Part shown: positions 25,623-40,066 of the stretch, in pieces
How positions within the stretch are numbered: position 1 is the stretch's first letter
Layout: every line of letters starts with the position of its first letter
Source: Zygnema circumcarinatum SAG 698-1b
Lineage: Eukaryota; Plantae; Zygnematophyceae
Assembly (NCBI GenBank): GCA_037447605.1
Contig: CM074811.1
Span: 2,542,001-2,606,000 of the forward strand
Reading direction: 5' to 3'
DNA length: 64,000 nucleotides
Program-made: the position numbers and the translations under genes
Notes under the pieces: generated by a model
Seen by the model: only the letters and a program-made list of their open reading frames with translations
The model's database searches: none
Told to the model about the DNA's origin: nothing

Positions 25623-28600
25623 CTACCCCTCCCCCCCCTCTCCCTCCCCCGCGGCGTCCGCCACTGCCCGCCTGAGCGCCCCCCTGCAGTACTCCACGAG
25701 AGGGCGCGAGGCCGAGTCCGCCGCAGAGTTCAAAGCAGGGCTTCGAAGGGCCTCGGTCGCAAGCTCCACCGCCAGTCGGCGCCACTTCTCGAACTGCTCC
25801 TCAGCATCAGCGATCTGCAAAACAAAGAAGAATGCCACTAAGGAAGGACCTAACAAATGATTAAAAGCTGGAAAATTTTCCTCGTCTAAATTAACTAGAG
25901 AGCTGTGCTTGGATAGCCGGATATATACACACAAACGTGAACAATGATAACCCCCCAAAAGGATGAGATACTCCAACAGAGGGTATCTATCTCCTACCTG
26001 CCTCTTGTACCCCTCCTCCCGTGCCTCCCATGCTTCCACCACATCGTCCGCGGGTCCGGGCTCTGCCCCCTCCCCTGAAACCCTCCTGCTTCGAGCAATC
26101 GTAGAGTCTGACTTACGCCGCGGCTTCGAACTCTTCACATTGTAATCACGCACACGGAATGTTGACTCGCTGTCACTCTTTGAGCCTCTCCCCTCCTCTC
26201 TGCTTCCCTCTACTCCCACTTCGAGCACCCCTTCACCTGCTGCTGCTGCTGCTGCTGCTGCATGCTCTCCTCCTACTTCAGTCATGGCCACACAAGGACT
26301 CTCTAAAGTTGTCAAATGGTTTGGAAGTGCGGTTGGGGTTTGAAGGATGGGCGGAGCTTCTGCATTGCTTGCAGAAAGTGGTACGTGAGAGGATGGCGGA
26401 GGTAGTGGGGGGCAGGAGTAGGGATCAACAGGGAGGGCTTTGGGAGTTTGGAGAATAGGGGGGAGTGGGGGGGGGGGTGGAGATTGCTGAGATCGACGGC
26501 TCTCATGCAGCGGCACGCGGAAGAGAGGGGCGAGGGGGGCACGCTGAGAGGGGGAAACGGGAACAACAGCATGGAACAGCGTGAAGTCCTGCAAGCAAGC
26601 AACAGGCAGGACATGGCACCACAGTGGCCTCCGATTGATATCACCAGCATGAATTCAAAGGTTTGACTTTTAAAAAAAAGGGAGATATAACTCTCTCCGA
26701 CCAGTTTTCAGAAACTTTTGGAGTTTATTTGCGGAGCCCAAGTTCTGGAAAGGTTCTCAGAAGGTGGGGATGTGTGCCTACCACTCGGCGAAGCCCGCAA
26801 GGTTGGCGGGTCACCATGGTGCTGCAAAGCGGAGCAGGGCCCCACCAGTGTGAGGGAAAAAGGGGAGGGAGAGAGAGAGAGGGAGAGAGGGAGAGTGGGG
26901 GAGCGAGAGATGGGGAAGGAAACAAGGAGAAGCGGAGGAACTGATTTCACAAACACCCAGTTTTCAACCAAAGCAGACGTGACAGATAGGAAAGTACTAA
27001 CGCGAAGCGATGGTTGTGACAGATGTCACTCGGACGGTAAGAGTGGCGTGCTGCCCACCCCACATTCCAAACAACAAGAGGCAGAAACAAAGGATTATAT
27101 GAAGGTAGAAACGGAATGCAGAACTGAGGGCTTCTCCATGTGCAGTGGCTCCTGATCATATTGACTATGAGAAAGTATTTTTTTTTTTTTTAGCAGCCAA
27201 GGCTCACCTTGGAGTCTTGCGGAAGTTGAAGCGTCGACTCCCTCCAACAGCACGAGGATTTCCATGTCGCACCTCTCCATCATCTGCAACAGTTACATGT
27301 GCATATGTTCGTGAGGGGCCACTCCCATCTGCAAAACACTTCAGATGCACAAATTCCCCTTATAGACTGGACAGGTGGCTTGAAGGGAGTCATGCTTTTG
27401 CAGAACAGGAAATAGTCACGTGTAAGACACGTGTGATATGTTACCGCGTAGGAGAGTCCGAAAAGTGGGCTGTTGCTATTCACAGGGTGCGAGACTATGC
27501 AAGGCAGACCTAAGAAGAGTTGGCTGCCTCCCAAAACCTGCACATGCAAATAAACATCTGAATATTGAAAAACCAAAACCAAGTAATGCTGTTAAAAGAT
27601 GCATGCAGTAAGTCCTTCTTCTTGCTAAAGAGCCAATGGTAACAATTCGACCACATCATCTCTCACCGGCAGACTTGTGAAGCGGAATATTGCCTCGTTT
27701 TCAGCCGTCCAAATGCTGTTGAGAGCAAGCAGCATGCGCACATGAGCCTGCACATGCACAAGCTTGAGATGAGAGCTACCTCTCCTTTCCTAGATTACAG
27801 GCACAGTTGACCCACTGGACGAGTATAGAGCAAAGTAAACCAAAAGGGCCAATGATAGCCTCCCACCTCAATGACCTGATGCTTGCGAATGTTGGCTACT
27901 CGGAAAGACAGCTTCGCCACACCATTCTCCTGCATTCTGCCATCCCCCTTTCAGCATTGCTCTATCTGTCCATCGCAGAAGCTGAAGCATCCAAAGCTCC
28001 CATCTAGAGAAGCTCACCGACCTCATGCATCACCATGTTGTGGCTGAAGGCAAGCGTTGAAGCTCGCCTTGTCGGTCGGGAGAACCTGCTTCCAATCAAG
28101 AGCATTCATAGCAGCAAATAAAGCCCACACTCTACCGTAAGCAGGCCCTACATTCACTTTACTGCATTGTAGTTTCAGAGGTCTGCGAGTCGTAAAGCTA
28201 GTCTCAACCTTGCATACAGAACTCCGAGCAAAGAGTACGCCACCAAAAGGCTCGCAACTGACTGAAGGGCCACCAAAGCATTGGTCATGGTACAGTCCGG
28301 ATCAGGAGTCAGCTCCCCGCCATATCCTGCAGGCAGCCATTCCTGTCAGGATGCGAATGCTTATCCATGCAGTGCACTGCTAAGCCCTCCTGTAATGCAT
28401 ATTTTATGGGTTTCCTTCTGCTATGCAGCCTGCATGAGGCAGATGTCCTCTCACCTATGGTCATGGATGTCTGCACACTGCATGGCAACCCCGGCCGCAT
28501 GGCACGTGTGAGTGGTCCGCCACACATCCCGGGGAGGTATGTGTGGGCAGAAAAAGGAGGGAGCAATTTTGAGGACAGAGGTGTTGTCGACTTTGTGAAT

Positions 28601-29454
28601 CATGAACATGGAAAGCAGGAGATAATTCAAAGCCAGTCTTGAATTCGTTTAGTGTTTATTTTGCGCAATTATCTGCAAAAAAATGCTGACCTGAACCACA
28701 CCGCATGAACAAACGTCGTTATCCCGGGGATGCAGTTGTTGCTCTTTGCCTGCACACCATAGCCATTGCTGCGTCAATACGCCTCTCTGTTACTTTTAGC
28801 AAAACTGAATCAGTCTATAGAGTGAGAAGGCCCCTCTTACATCAAAATAATAGGGAATGCTGAACGACACGAACAATGAAGTATAGGTCACAAAGAGCAC
28901 GGCCGTGAAGCGCCAGCCTGGTAACTGCGTCGCAGAAAGAAAATGATGGCATTGATCAATGATAGCTCCCCACATGCCTTAGTCCTCCTCCCTCTCATCC
29001 ATTGAACGTCAGGGCTTGCCAGTCACACATCCTCTCTCCCTCCTGCTTGCTTTGCTGAATTTCATTCTAAATAAAATGCCAGTTTTGAAGTTGTTCGTGC
29101 GTGTCAAAATTAAGTTTTAAGTTTAGTTAAGTTTACATTGACGAGAGTGTGGAACAGGTCGCCCCAGTATAGCTTTCTCTTTGGATGCCCCTTCACTGCT
29201 ATGTTCAGCCTGCCCCTGCTCCCCTCCTCCCCTTTTCATGGAAATCAGAACCGCCATCTCGAAGCCTCAAGCCTTTAAAGAGCATGAAAGAATTCTTGAT
29301 TGCAGGGGCTTTTTGGGTTCTTAAGGTCTTTAGGTTTTCCGAGTTACTTGTGGTCTACGAGAGGAAGCTTCACTTCATTATTCACGCCTTTCACAGAGCT
29401 GCGAATCTCCTCCTGCCAGCCCTTAGAGCGTATAACTCCAAGCACTGCCCCCAT
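25623..29454 (-). CDS. Inward-rectifier potassium channel (Kir/IRK family), multi-exon
   Basis: Spliced peptides KGRLNIAVKG..YWGDLFHTLVN (slide helix), AVWFS|VQTSMTI|GYGGELTP (TIGYG filter), LQSVASLLVAYSLLGVLYAR|FSRPTRRASTLAFS, LFLGLPCIVSHPVNSNSPL and EILVLLEGVDASTSARLQ. Confidence 0.88.
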
Positions 29455-31014
29455 CTTTCCTCCCTCTTGCTCTCTCCCTTCCTCTCCCTCTGCCACTCTC
29501 CTTCCTGTCTCTTTCTTATCCTTCAGCCTTCCCTTCCTCCCTCCTGCCTCCTCCTTACATCATGCCTTTCACCACTCCCCTCTCACTCGCCCTCCCTTCT
29601 TTCTCCCTTCACTACCCCTCGTGGTTCCTCGCTAACCTCCCCCCCCCCCCCACCAAACAATTCCCCTCCCCTCGTGGTTCCTTTTTAATCCGACCGAATA
29701 CGGTAGCCCATGGCTCCATCCAGAAACGGAGCCGTTGTCAACGGAGCAGCAGAAACCAGCTTCCTTTGCGGCGCCTTCACTGCTTTGAAGCACAGTCGAA
29801 CCGCCATTAGCAAACAAGCCAATGGTTGGCAATGGTTGGTTGTGTTGGTAAGCATTGAAAACCAATGATGGATCCAATGGTGGGTCCGAACCATGCAGTC
29901 CTCTAACATGTGCTAAAAGCCATGTCAGATGGCCATTCGGAGTCGGTTAACCAAGTCACTATGGCATCTCAATTGATTGTTTTGAAGCTTTCATCGCCAC
30001 AAGTGGCTCCTTATGGTGCATGCTCGGCACAACTTTGTTCAAGTGTTTGGCCTTTGAGACCCAAGCTCTGAATGTGCTTTCTGAATGCTCCTTTACATGC
30101 TCGCAGAGTGGCACTATGGAAGCAGGACAGCATAACACTTGGATAGGCTTCGAACACTGCTGACACGTGACATGCATAGCATGGCCTGCGGATTGGCATG
30201 AGGAAGAGTACAATTGGTCCTATTGTCTACATTCAAATCTAACTCCCGAATAGACTGAACTAAAACACAAAAGACCAATTTCACAGAACTTTGTTTTTCT
30301 CTCACGAAAAGTGGTTTACAAGGGAAATGAATAGGAGCTAGCATTTAAAAAGGTGCAAATAATTACATAAGTGGTCTCCGCACACTTTGACCCATTCCTT
30401 GCAACTTGAAGCATCGCCTCCTTTCCTCTCTTCTCTCCTCTCCTCCCCTCTCCCCTATGCTGCCCTCCTATCCATGATCTCAGGAAGTGACGCTGCAACA
30501 TGACAAGGAGAGAAGCCCAAAGACCGATGATGACCACTGACCTATTTCCCTACTGAAACGAATGGGGGCACCTGCAAGAGCGGCTGCCTGCTCCTTGCCA
30601 AAAAGAGAAGGGGGGGGGGGGGGGGGGGGGGGCAAAAGGAAAACCATCCGGGCAGCGCATGCAGACAAGATTCACATCCGCCGACGCTGCCTTGGAGCCC
30701 TCTCCTGTCCTGTCACCATCTCACTCTTTCTCCCCCATTGCCCCCCTTTCTGAGGGCACTCCTCCTCCTACCTGTCTTTAACCTTGTCACAAAACAAGGT
30801 ATGAATAGGTTCGGCCTTCATGTCTGCGTTTCGCTGCCAAATTCCTCATCATCTACAGGCGGCAGCTTTCTTCTCTTCGCGCCATACTTCCACCTAAACT
30901 GCTCGCCATTGTTCGAAGCTCTCTCATCCTCTCTTTCTCCCCCTTCCTATCCCCCTTCCTTGCCAATCTCTCACCCCTTCTCTTGCCCCATCACCCCCTC
31001 CCTACAATTCCCCT

Positions 31015-34000
31015 TCAATCCCTGTGCTCGTGCCCCGGCTGCTTTGCCTTCTGCTTTGAGACTGGTGTGGAATGCTCCGATTGGGTCGCCGTAAGGAAGC
31101 GTTGCATTGTGCCCCCAACGGCAAAGAGCACAGCCGCTGCTACAGCAATGCTTTTCCACGTCAGCGTATTTGTAAGCAGGGCCCTGCGAATCCCTGCAGC
31201 GGCTGCAAGACTGAGAAGGGCTGCCCACCCTAAAGTCACCTGCCATAGCCAAAGAGGTGAAAAGGATGAGAAGAAGGAGAAGAGGGAGCTGCGAAGGGAG
31301 GGAGGAGAGAATGTTGCAATAGGGGAGGCAAGCAGGGGGCAGCAAACTGTGTATGGGAGGTCCGGCTATACTACTGCCTGGGATGAGTGAGGACAAGCGA
31401 AGGTGGTTGAAAGGTGTTTTTGGACCAGGCGTGAGTTGCTTTATTGATCGCTAAATCGAAAAAGGTCAATGTGGAAATGGTAAAATGCAAGGGGAGGGAA
31501 CTGTAGCAGAGACTAAAGGAGAGTTTTTTTTGTGGAAACCACGCGGAGAGGTGCTACTGGGTTTAGAGATTGGCGTGCAGGAGGGGAAGCTACAGAAAAG
31601 ATGTACAGTCGCTAAAAAACAAATCAATACGAAGCCATGTAAAAAAATACAATGGGGAACTCACTAGACCACAGCAGGGGCTTTTCCCTTGTCTTAATGG
31701 CTTTCAAAAATTATTCTCAACGTAACCGGTCAAGGGTCAAGGAAAAATAACAAACGCAGCCCCTTGTAAAAAAAAATAAACTAAGCTCCTATCTCCATCG
31801 AGGGTTCAGCATCTCGAACAAAGTTCGTTTTTTGGCTCCACCAAAAAGGCAATCTTGTAACAGGTAACTCCCAACTTTGAACCCATTGTTGGCTTCCATA
31901 TAGTGGAGGAGGGCAGAAAGGAAGCTGCTGCCTACCAAGAGAGAGCTGAGGGCGGGTTTGGTTGGAATGAAGAGGGCCTCCCCAAAAGTATTGCTCTTCT
32001 TGTGTGCCTCCAAAAGCTCGTCCTGCACAACCATAAAGGGCAGGGAACGATCCTTCATGAACTCTACCCAAATGCAGAAGGAAAGGGTCCTTCAAAAAAT
32101 CCCTACATTCGTCATCCTTTCAGTTCCTTACTTTCCAGACCTAACACATTATCGCACTTTCCCTGTACAAACGGCTCTCCCTCCCGTTTGAAGTACCATA
32201 CTATTCGTCTCTGTTTGAATTTGTACAAACACCTCACCTTCTTCGCAAACGATTTTTTCAACCAGTCTGCAAGACCTTCATCGTCTTCTGGCAGCACACT
32301 CATTGGCACTCTCTCCATGTAAACGTGAATCTGCACCCCGCCATATGAAGCACAAAACCTAAGGCCAACCGAAGCCACCCACAGGCTGATGCACAATCAG
32401 CACCTCATCAAACAACTTACCTCAAAACCCGACTGCTCTGCTTCAGCCCTTCACAAAACAGAAGCCGAATTCTGGCGACTTTTGATTACAATGTGTTTGA
32501 TTTTGTCGTCGTCCCTCCAAATTCCAACAGCTCAAGTGACATTACGTCTCACGAAAGGATCAACAGTCTGAAAAACTCCCCAGGGTGAGGTACACACCAC
32601 AGTCTTTTTCCGCTGAACGAGCCCTAAAAAGGTGGGCTGTGGAACACCTTCAGGCACCATCACTGTCATGTCGTATACGGCGGGGACGAAGGAGCGAAGC
32701 CCCCTCACTGTGGCAACAAAACCCTGTAAAACCCTAACTACCCACTTCAGGAAAGTTTCCACTTTACGGAACACCCTGGCAATGGCAAGCGCTGTGGAAC
32801 AAAGACATTTGTGCATGGCGGCCCACAGCCCATGCTGACGAGATTTCTTGGTACGTAAATTACACTACACAAGAAGGATACATATATGTAATTCGCAGAG
32901 GAGAAAGAGAGAGAGAGAGAAAAGGAGAGGGAGAGAGAGAGAGCCGGAGGAGGGGGAGAGAGAGCCGTGCCTTAGTGCGAGGCACAAGCGTGTTCCGGGG
33001 CACTGGCAGCCCTGCAGAAGCTGCGAATTCCTGCGCTGCTTTCAGCTTTGCGGGGGTGAAGCGAGTGCCCTCAGCGAACAGGGCCATCCATAAAGAGGGA
33101 GGGAAGTCACGGAGACGTTTTAAGCCTTGCTGCAAATTTTCCGAACCACCCGTAGAAGTAAGTGGAGAACCCATTTCAGCAGGCACTGGAGTCCCATTAC
33201 CTCTTTTCGACCTTCTCAGCAATCCTCAGGGGTCTATCACAGAGAAGAAGAAAAGAAAAGCCGAGAAGCCCACCTCAATCAGGAGACGGTCCTTATTCCA
33301 GTTTCGAGAGATGAAAATGTACTCCGAGAACCACAATGACCACCCCATCACCTGCATGCATGTCTCGAAACCAATGCAGTCAGCCTGCTGGTAGACATCA
33401 AAGCCATCTTTAAAGGCTTGGGAGAAAGGGGGGGGCACTAGTAGCAGATGCAGAGATTTGGGTGCTGACCGGGAGGTATTGGACTGATTTCTTCATCAAG
33501 GCTCGAGTGCCGCCAAGACAGCCACCACGCTGCTCCCGTCCCATTTTGCATTCCCGCCCACAAAGAAAATTCCGTTTTTCTTAATAAGTTCCAGTCTCCT
33601 TAGCTGCATTCCTTTCCTCTCCCCTTCACTTCCTGTCCATTCCCCTAATCTCCCTTCCCTTTTCCTTCCCATAAGAGTCTGCTGCGCATACCTGAGCTAG
33701 AACCCAGCCCACCACCCAGTCGACGTCACTGCGATGATTGGACAAGAGCAATGCATGCTCCTTCGCTGCAATTCGCATCCACCCCCTCCCCCACGGTATC
33801 GATGCTTACATTGAGCTCGCAGAATGTGCTTATGCTAAGGACAAATGGGGACAAGGACGTGCACAATGTCGACAGCACAAGAAAAGCTGCCCACCTATCA
33901 TGGCCCAATCCGCTTTGTCGGCGAAAACTCGTATCTGCATGTATAGAGCCCACGCCCCCATGTTCCTCAGCTTCTTCCACCCGCCGTCCCATTCTACTAC

Positions 34001-34457
34001 CTCCTTCCCTTTCTGCAGCGCCTCCTACTTTCCACCCCGCTACCTCCTTCCAGTCCCTGCCTTCTTCCACTACTTTCCATCTTCCACTGCCATCCTCCTC
34101 CCACCCCCTCCCTCCCTCCTACTACCCCTCCCTCCCTCATTCCAGCCCCACCCTCCTCCCACCACTCACTTACCTCAAGGCCACCCCACCACTCCACAAG
34201 CCACACTAGTTGCGACCAATACGCGTCCATGAGCACCATGTTCACAACCCGATAAGCTCGTCGGGAGAAGGGCAGCACCAGCAGGAACAGAAGCAGCTGC
34301 GCCCTTCATAACCAGGCGTAAGATTTCCCCTGACTCCGCAGAATTCAACTTCACGACTCAACCCTAGAATCCAAGTCCTTACCTGGAAGGAGTTGACGAT
34401 GAGCCCACTGCAGAGGAACAAAACTCCAAGAAAGAGAACACTCGCTGCGGTGAACAT
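31015..34457 (-). CDS. LPAT2: 1-acyl-sn-glycerol-3-phosphate acyltransferase 2 (ER LPAAT), multi-exon
   Basis: Motifs [40 protein letters not shown]|GFV and AVYDMTV; last exon 31239-31015 ends [15 protein letters not shown], resembling the plant LPAT2 C-terminus (SSQSERSTP). Confidence 0.9.
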
Positions 34458-35753
34458 GGCTGCTGCCTTGTGGAAGGAGGCAGGGGGCGGTCTGCGGGAG
34501 AAGTGAGGCTCTCGTTAAGAGAGGAAGAGTGGGAGGGCGAAGCTCCCTGCCGCCATGGCCCTCCTTTGGGGGCGACGTCTGGACTCGGACTTGGAGCTGT
34601 CCGATAGGAAGACGCGAGCTGCCATTTGGGGACACGTGTCGGCCGCTGATGGGCCCGCCCTCACAATTTTTTTTTTAAAAGCGCTGCATGCTAAAACTCA
34701 ATCCGAAGGGATGCATGGGGCCATCACATGAATATGGACAACATGGAGATTGCTCAACATGGGACATTGGACAACGTGGGACATTGGGCAACAACAACAA
34801 TATGGGAAGCCAAGGAGGGAATGGTCACAAATGGCATATGGACGAAGGAAAACTATGAGTGGAACTTGGCTTCTAGGCCCAACAACAACACAGCCCGCGG
34901 AGGCGGCCAACACGAATAGCGGTTCATGTGCATGCGCAACGTCAATGTCGAGTCAACACAACATCCCCGACAACGCGCCAAGCACCGTCCATGAAGGTAA
35001 GGTCAGCTCCGCGGCCCCTCTGCTTCCATTTTGTAGAGCGAAGGACTTGGAGTTCAGTTCCTTGCAACAAACTGCGTTAAGGTCGCGCGTGGTTTGCGAG
35101 AAGTAAAGCGCTCCAATTCAAGTTTTTGTAGAAGCATATTACAACGGACGAGGCGTGTGTGACGAACATCAGTCGGTCGTTAGCGAGCCACAAAACCTCG
35201 CAGAGCTATCCCAAGGCTGAACTCAAAATAAGCTGCTCTGGCCACCCCAATGGGTCTTGAAGTATTCATAAACCGCCCTTTTTGCCCAGGAATCGTTACT
35301 TTCAAATGCTTGCTTGAAGTCTGCGTCAAAGTGCCTCCCGAATACTGCTTGTGGGTGTTACTGGCACACCACGACCAGCACATGGTGTGGCCAGGTCTCA
35401 TGTCATAGAGCGTCAGCAAGTGCAGGCACCCCACATCAATGGGCACTGCTCGTTATTGGCACGGCACAGAAGGACTCACATTTGCACTTGACATCAATCT
35501 CACCGCCACGCACTATCTGCATTTATTTGTGTACACTAACTACCCAAGGGGAGAATTCTACAAAAACTCGTTGTGCCGTGCCTTACATGAAGTGACCGAC
35601 TGAACAACGAACAGCCCCGTTGACGAGGTCGCGATTGCCCGGTCAGTGAGCAGCAGGAGCACGGTCACAAGGGGTCGTGCTTCATCTTCTATACACTCAG
35701 AGTCTTCCAGACCTGTACATTACTCTGCTGAGGGATATTGAGCCTCTCCCATG

Positions 35754-38700
35754 CTAAACTTCTCGTTTCTGCTTTTGAATGTTCCTCCATTTGTCCTTCA
35801 AATCGATCTACCACAGCATAACCATCGGGGAGCGTGGGTTAATAAAATCAAAAAAAAAAAAAAAAAAAGCCGCAAGGGCCTCTCGCAGCTTGACAGCGAA
35901 TGAGTGTGGAAAATGGTGTAGGCCTATTTACTTATGATTTTGAGGACTTGACGTCATAGGTCAAAGATGTCTATGGTATAATGTTCAAACAAGAAGAAGA
36001 AACTCACCTCGCTCCGACCGAAAAAGTCATCTGGATGGCTCCTCAAGATTAGCTTCCAATGATGGCCTTGCCTGTTGTATTCAACAGAAGGATTTAACAT
36101 GAGATTCAAAACACAGCACCAACAGCAAAAGACGAACATCTCCACAAGTTGCTAAGAACTCACACAACCCGCTCCTTCCAACATGATATCAGATCCCGCC
36201 ACACATTCCGATTTTCTGTGTAATCAATCTCTGACCTGTCATAAGAAGGATGCATGCACTGTCAACCAGACAACAGGTCCATGTTTGAAAGAACCCCATC
36301 CGAATCGACATCTACAACTACATCTTGATGGCTACAGATCTCAGATTCATTTTGCCTTCCTTGCGTGACTGACAGAAAGGTATGAGTCTCCAGGCCAAAC
36401 AAAACGTATTTTTTTTTTTGAGGGAAACAAAAAATGGAAGGACGTGAACGCCGACATGCTGTGTGATGTGCTCTTGCAGGCACACTTACTCTTTGACAGC
36501 TTCCAACAGTCGCCGTGTCTCGTCAACTGTCCAACCTTTGTTCATGCGGCGACGCTTGCTTACTTTACTTGTGCCCCCTGCTTGCTTCTCAAGGGAGGAC
36601 ACCTTACGGACAGAATGCAAACCGTCAAGGCTTGGAGGACCCACATCGTCCGGATCACTGATTTCAGCCTCGTTGTCAGAATCCCACTGGAAGCCAACAA
36701 CAAAATGGATAAAAAAATGGATCAAAATCCCATTTTACTAACAAAAACACAGGTAAACTACGTTGGGTGTGGTTCACAGAATGGGCAAAACAGCACAACT
36801 GCATCGTCTTAAACGTGGAGTGTGAGGTCAGAGTACCCATGAACAACAGAGCTATAGCATACCTGCAATTGGCGAGCAGATGCGTTCCGAGCCATCAAGT
36901 TTTTCCGCAATTGTCTTTCAGGCACATGACTTGCTGCAGCTGGATGCTCGGTCACATCCGGCTCAGTTTGACGTACACTTTCATTTGCTTGATTCGAATT
37001 ATTCCTCCTATCAATGCCAGCCCTATCAGGGACGCCCGTATCGACAGATTCAGTCCTCTGATGCAGGGGATGATGTGTAGACAATCCAGCTTCTAATGGC
37101 ACACTTGGTCCCAGCATCTCATTCGCTTCAGCATTAAGAGGGGAGCTTGGTGGTTGGGCCCTGGACTGATCTTCCTTTGCAGGTGCCTGAGACTCTGTTT
37201 CACGATAGCTTCTACCAGCCTGCTTCGCAATAGCCAGAGCTTCAGGAAGGGGGTCAACACCAAGCTTCTTCAGCTGCAAAGAACTGTCTCGAAGATTAAT
37301 CACCACAGCTGGCATCTCATCAAGGCCGGTCCCTTCTCTCCCGTCAATATCAGCTGTGTGTTGGCTTCTTGTCATACGCGATGGCAATTTTCGTCTCTTG
37401 CCAGGCCGACAAACTGGATGGCCTCCATCACTTTCACCATCTCTGAGCACTTTGTTGGACTTTGCGTGGTCTGATAAATCAGCCTCAGGTGGGCGTGCTG
37501 TACCTCGCAGATTCACAGGAACAACACAATCTGAGACCAACTACAGACCATTTTTTGGACACAGACAAAACTTAGAATCAGGACATGCTCAAACCAAAAT
37601 TTCAGGATGCTGTCCCTCTATGACTTATGAACGGCACCTTCGAGGGCAACGTTGGTACACCTATAATTCAAGATGGATCATGTAATTGTCCTATCGTCAA
37701 ACCTGTCATTCGCTAGCTGGTCTAACGACTCTACGAAGGGTATGGCTCACCTGTCGATGGACGAATTGGAACGCCCTCGTTGGCCAGGTCTTCAGGTTCG
37801 CCGCTGATCGGAATTGACGTGTGAGCTTTGGAAGGAGATTGCTCGCTGGCCTGACCTGCAGCCCATGTTTCCTGGAACCTGGAGTCCTCCAAGACTTCTC
37901 GAAATGTAGGAAACGCAAACCCAATCTCAGCACGGGTAGCTTGGCCTACCGGTAATACCAGACGGGCCTGCTTTTCTGCTTTCGGGGACGTGCAAACCTC
38001 GGGTGCCCCAACCTTTACTGTCTTGGCCAGCAAGTGCTCATCTGCTTTCGAGTTCAATCCCGCGGAGCATCGCACTAGTCCTGGCTCATCCCACTCATCT
38101 TTGTTGGAGAGATCAATTCCAGCAGCTTCACCAGAGCCTTTAGCATTCAGGATCTTCCCATCATCCCATCTATGTTTCACCAAAAAGGCCTCAACATTCT
38201 TGTAATAACCCTTGCTGAGATCATACGAGACACGTTTCAAAAACGAGGGTCTGAGGCACCCCCACTCCCAAGCCACATACGCCTCCAACAACTTTTCAGT
38301 GCTTTCAAGGGGATATTTCTGGATGACTGCACGACGCTTCCCAAACTTCTTTCGAACTGCCAGAAAATCGTTCTGAGTCTTCTGAACTGCTTCTGATTCA
38401 GGACCAAGATATGAAGGCAGCTTCTCCCAATACAAAGCAACCTTCTCGATGAAAGAGCGCCGGTCGCCTGAGCGAAGGTGCGTCAGAGTTATCTCTCTCA
38501 ACGTAGCCAAAAGCAGTTCATTCCAAGCTGGCTTCCCCTGCAGATTCCCTGGCGGCAACTTATCTGCCAGAAATACATAGAAAGGGGAAACTTTCGCTGA
38601 CATACTGAGCTTACGCAACCCTAGCAGCATGTCCACGGTAAGCAGGTCCACACCACGACGCAGTTTTTCCTGCTCCAGGTTCCGCAGGTACTGCATTTTA

Positions 38701-38861
38701 AGGAGGACGGGGCAATCTGGTGGAGGAAACTCTTCGTACATCCGAATGATCAGCGACATGTTCGGATGATGCAGCAACAGGTGCTCCCATAGCAGAAAGC
38801 GCGCGTCAGCTGCCGTATCCCTTGAAAAACCTGCTGCTTCTCTTGAATCTATGTCCGCCAT
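35754..38861 (-). CDS. TRF-like protein with a C-terminal telobox Myb/SANT domain
   Basis: Large N-terminal exons (38861-37751, about 37537-36863); spliced Myb domain KGWTVDETRRLLEAVKE|..GHHWKLILRSHPDDFFGRSE|IDLKDKWRNI containing the telobox LKDKWRN motif. Confidence 0.85.
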
Positions 38862-38985
38862 AACGGAATTAGGGTAAGCTCTCAAGTTCCACAATAGAGC
38901 GTTTCTTGTACAGACGGCGTAGACATATAACCCCAACCCTCATCCCCACCCTCACCCCCGCCCTCGCCCTCACCGGGCACACCCT

Positions 38986-39071
38986 CACCCTAACCCTAAT
39001 CCTTCGCTCGCTCTAACCCTAACCCTAATTCTAGCCCTAACCCTAATTCTAGCCCTAAGCCTAACCCTAAC
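38986..39071. promoter_or_regulatory. Cluster of CCCTAA (TTAGGG-type) telomere-like motifs upstream of the TRF-like gene
   Basis: About eight CCCTAA/GCCTAA units, e.g. accctaaccctaat...ctaaccctaaccctaattctagccctaaccctaattctagccctaagcctaaccctaac. Confidence 0.55.
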
Positions 39072-40066
39072 TGCAACTCAATTCTACGATTGTAGAAATA
39101 AAGAGGTGACAAGTTCGAGTCCCAGAACATAGAAAACTGTCAATCAGAACGAAAATACCGTACGATAAAGTACAGATGGTACGGTTACCCTACGACCAAT
39201 TAGGTTGAGAAATCGAACATTTTTTATTTAATTGTTCAATATTTATTGAAAAAACAAAAAAGGTTTCTGTTGATCGTCTGAACATTCGGATCGGATGTTT
39301 TGGAACTTGAGAATTTGAACAAAATGAAAAAAAGTTCAAAGTTTCAATATTTTCTCTTAAGTGCGATTCCAAATTTTGTCACGTAAGATTCAAGCATGTT
39401 GAGGGGTGTCCTTAACTTCGGCCCAATTTTCGCCGTACGACTTTTTCCGCAGATCAATGGTTACCGTACGGTACAAATGGATTCCACCACCGTACGGCAA
39501 TAGAAAACAGAAACGGGTCCAGCGCTTTGCGATGTGCCAAAATCTCATTGTTGATCTGTGGATGCAAAGTAAGCCTTAATTGAACGCAACTGGGAGTTAA
39601 TTGCTCAATGTCTAACTGGATTCGCCGTAGATTCGCATCGAACAAAAAAAAAAACAGAAACTGTTTTTTCTTGATATAATTTTCCTTTTTCTTTTGAACT
39701 GCGGTTTTGTTTTTGAGAAGCCAAAAGTTTTAATTTCTTATGTGTTCAACCTGATTGGTAGTAGGGTACAGTGTGAATTTTTCGCTCATTGACAGTTTGA
39801 CGCCTCTCCATGCTATCTACACGCTAGAAGGTTACAGTTATACTGGCCACGTTCAACTGCGAACAGGGACAAGGAACACCCTTTCTCGCATTGCCGAGTT
39901 CGTGCTTTCCCAGTCACTTTGTCAAAAAGCAAGAAAGGACTGGGGGGAGGGCTGGTTGGAGGATGGCGCTCTGAAGGGAAGGGGGAAGGGAGGGCGGCCA
40001 TGGACAGGGCTTAGGGTAAGCGTGGAAGAGGCTGGGAAGAGCGAGAGGTGCATGTTGATTTGAGGG

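Noticed and set aside
31015-31239. Apparent standalone 74-aa membrane protein
   Set aside because: It is the last exon of LPAT2: cag|GTG acceptor and a matching C-terminal motif.
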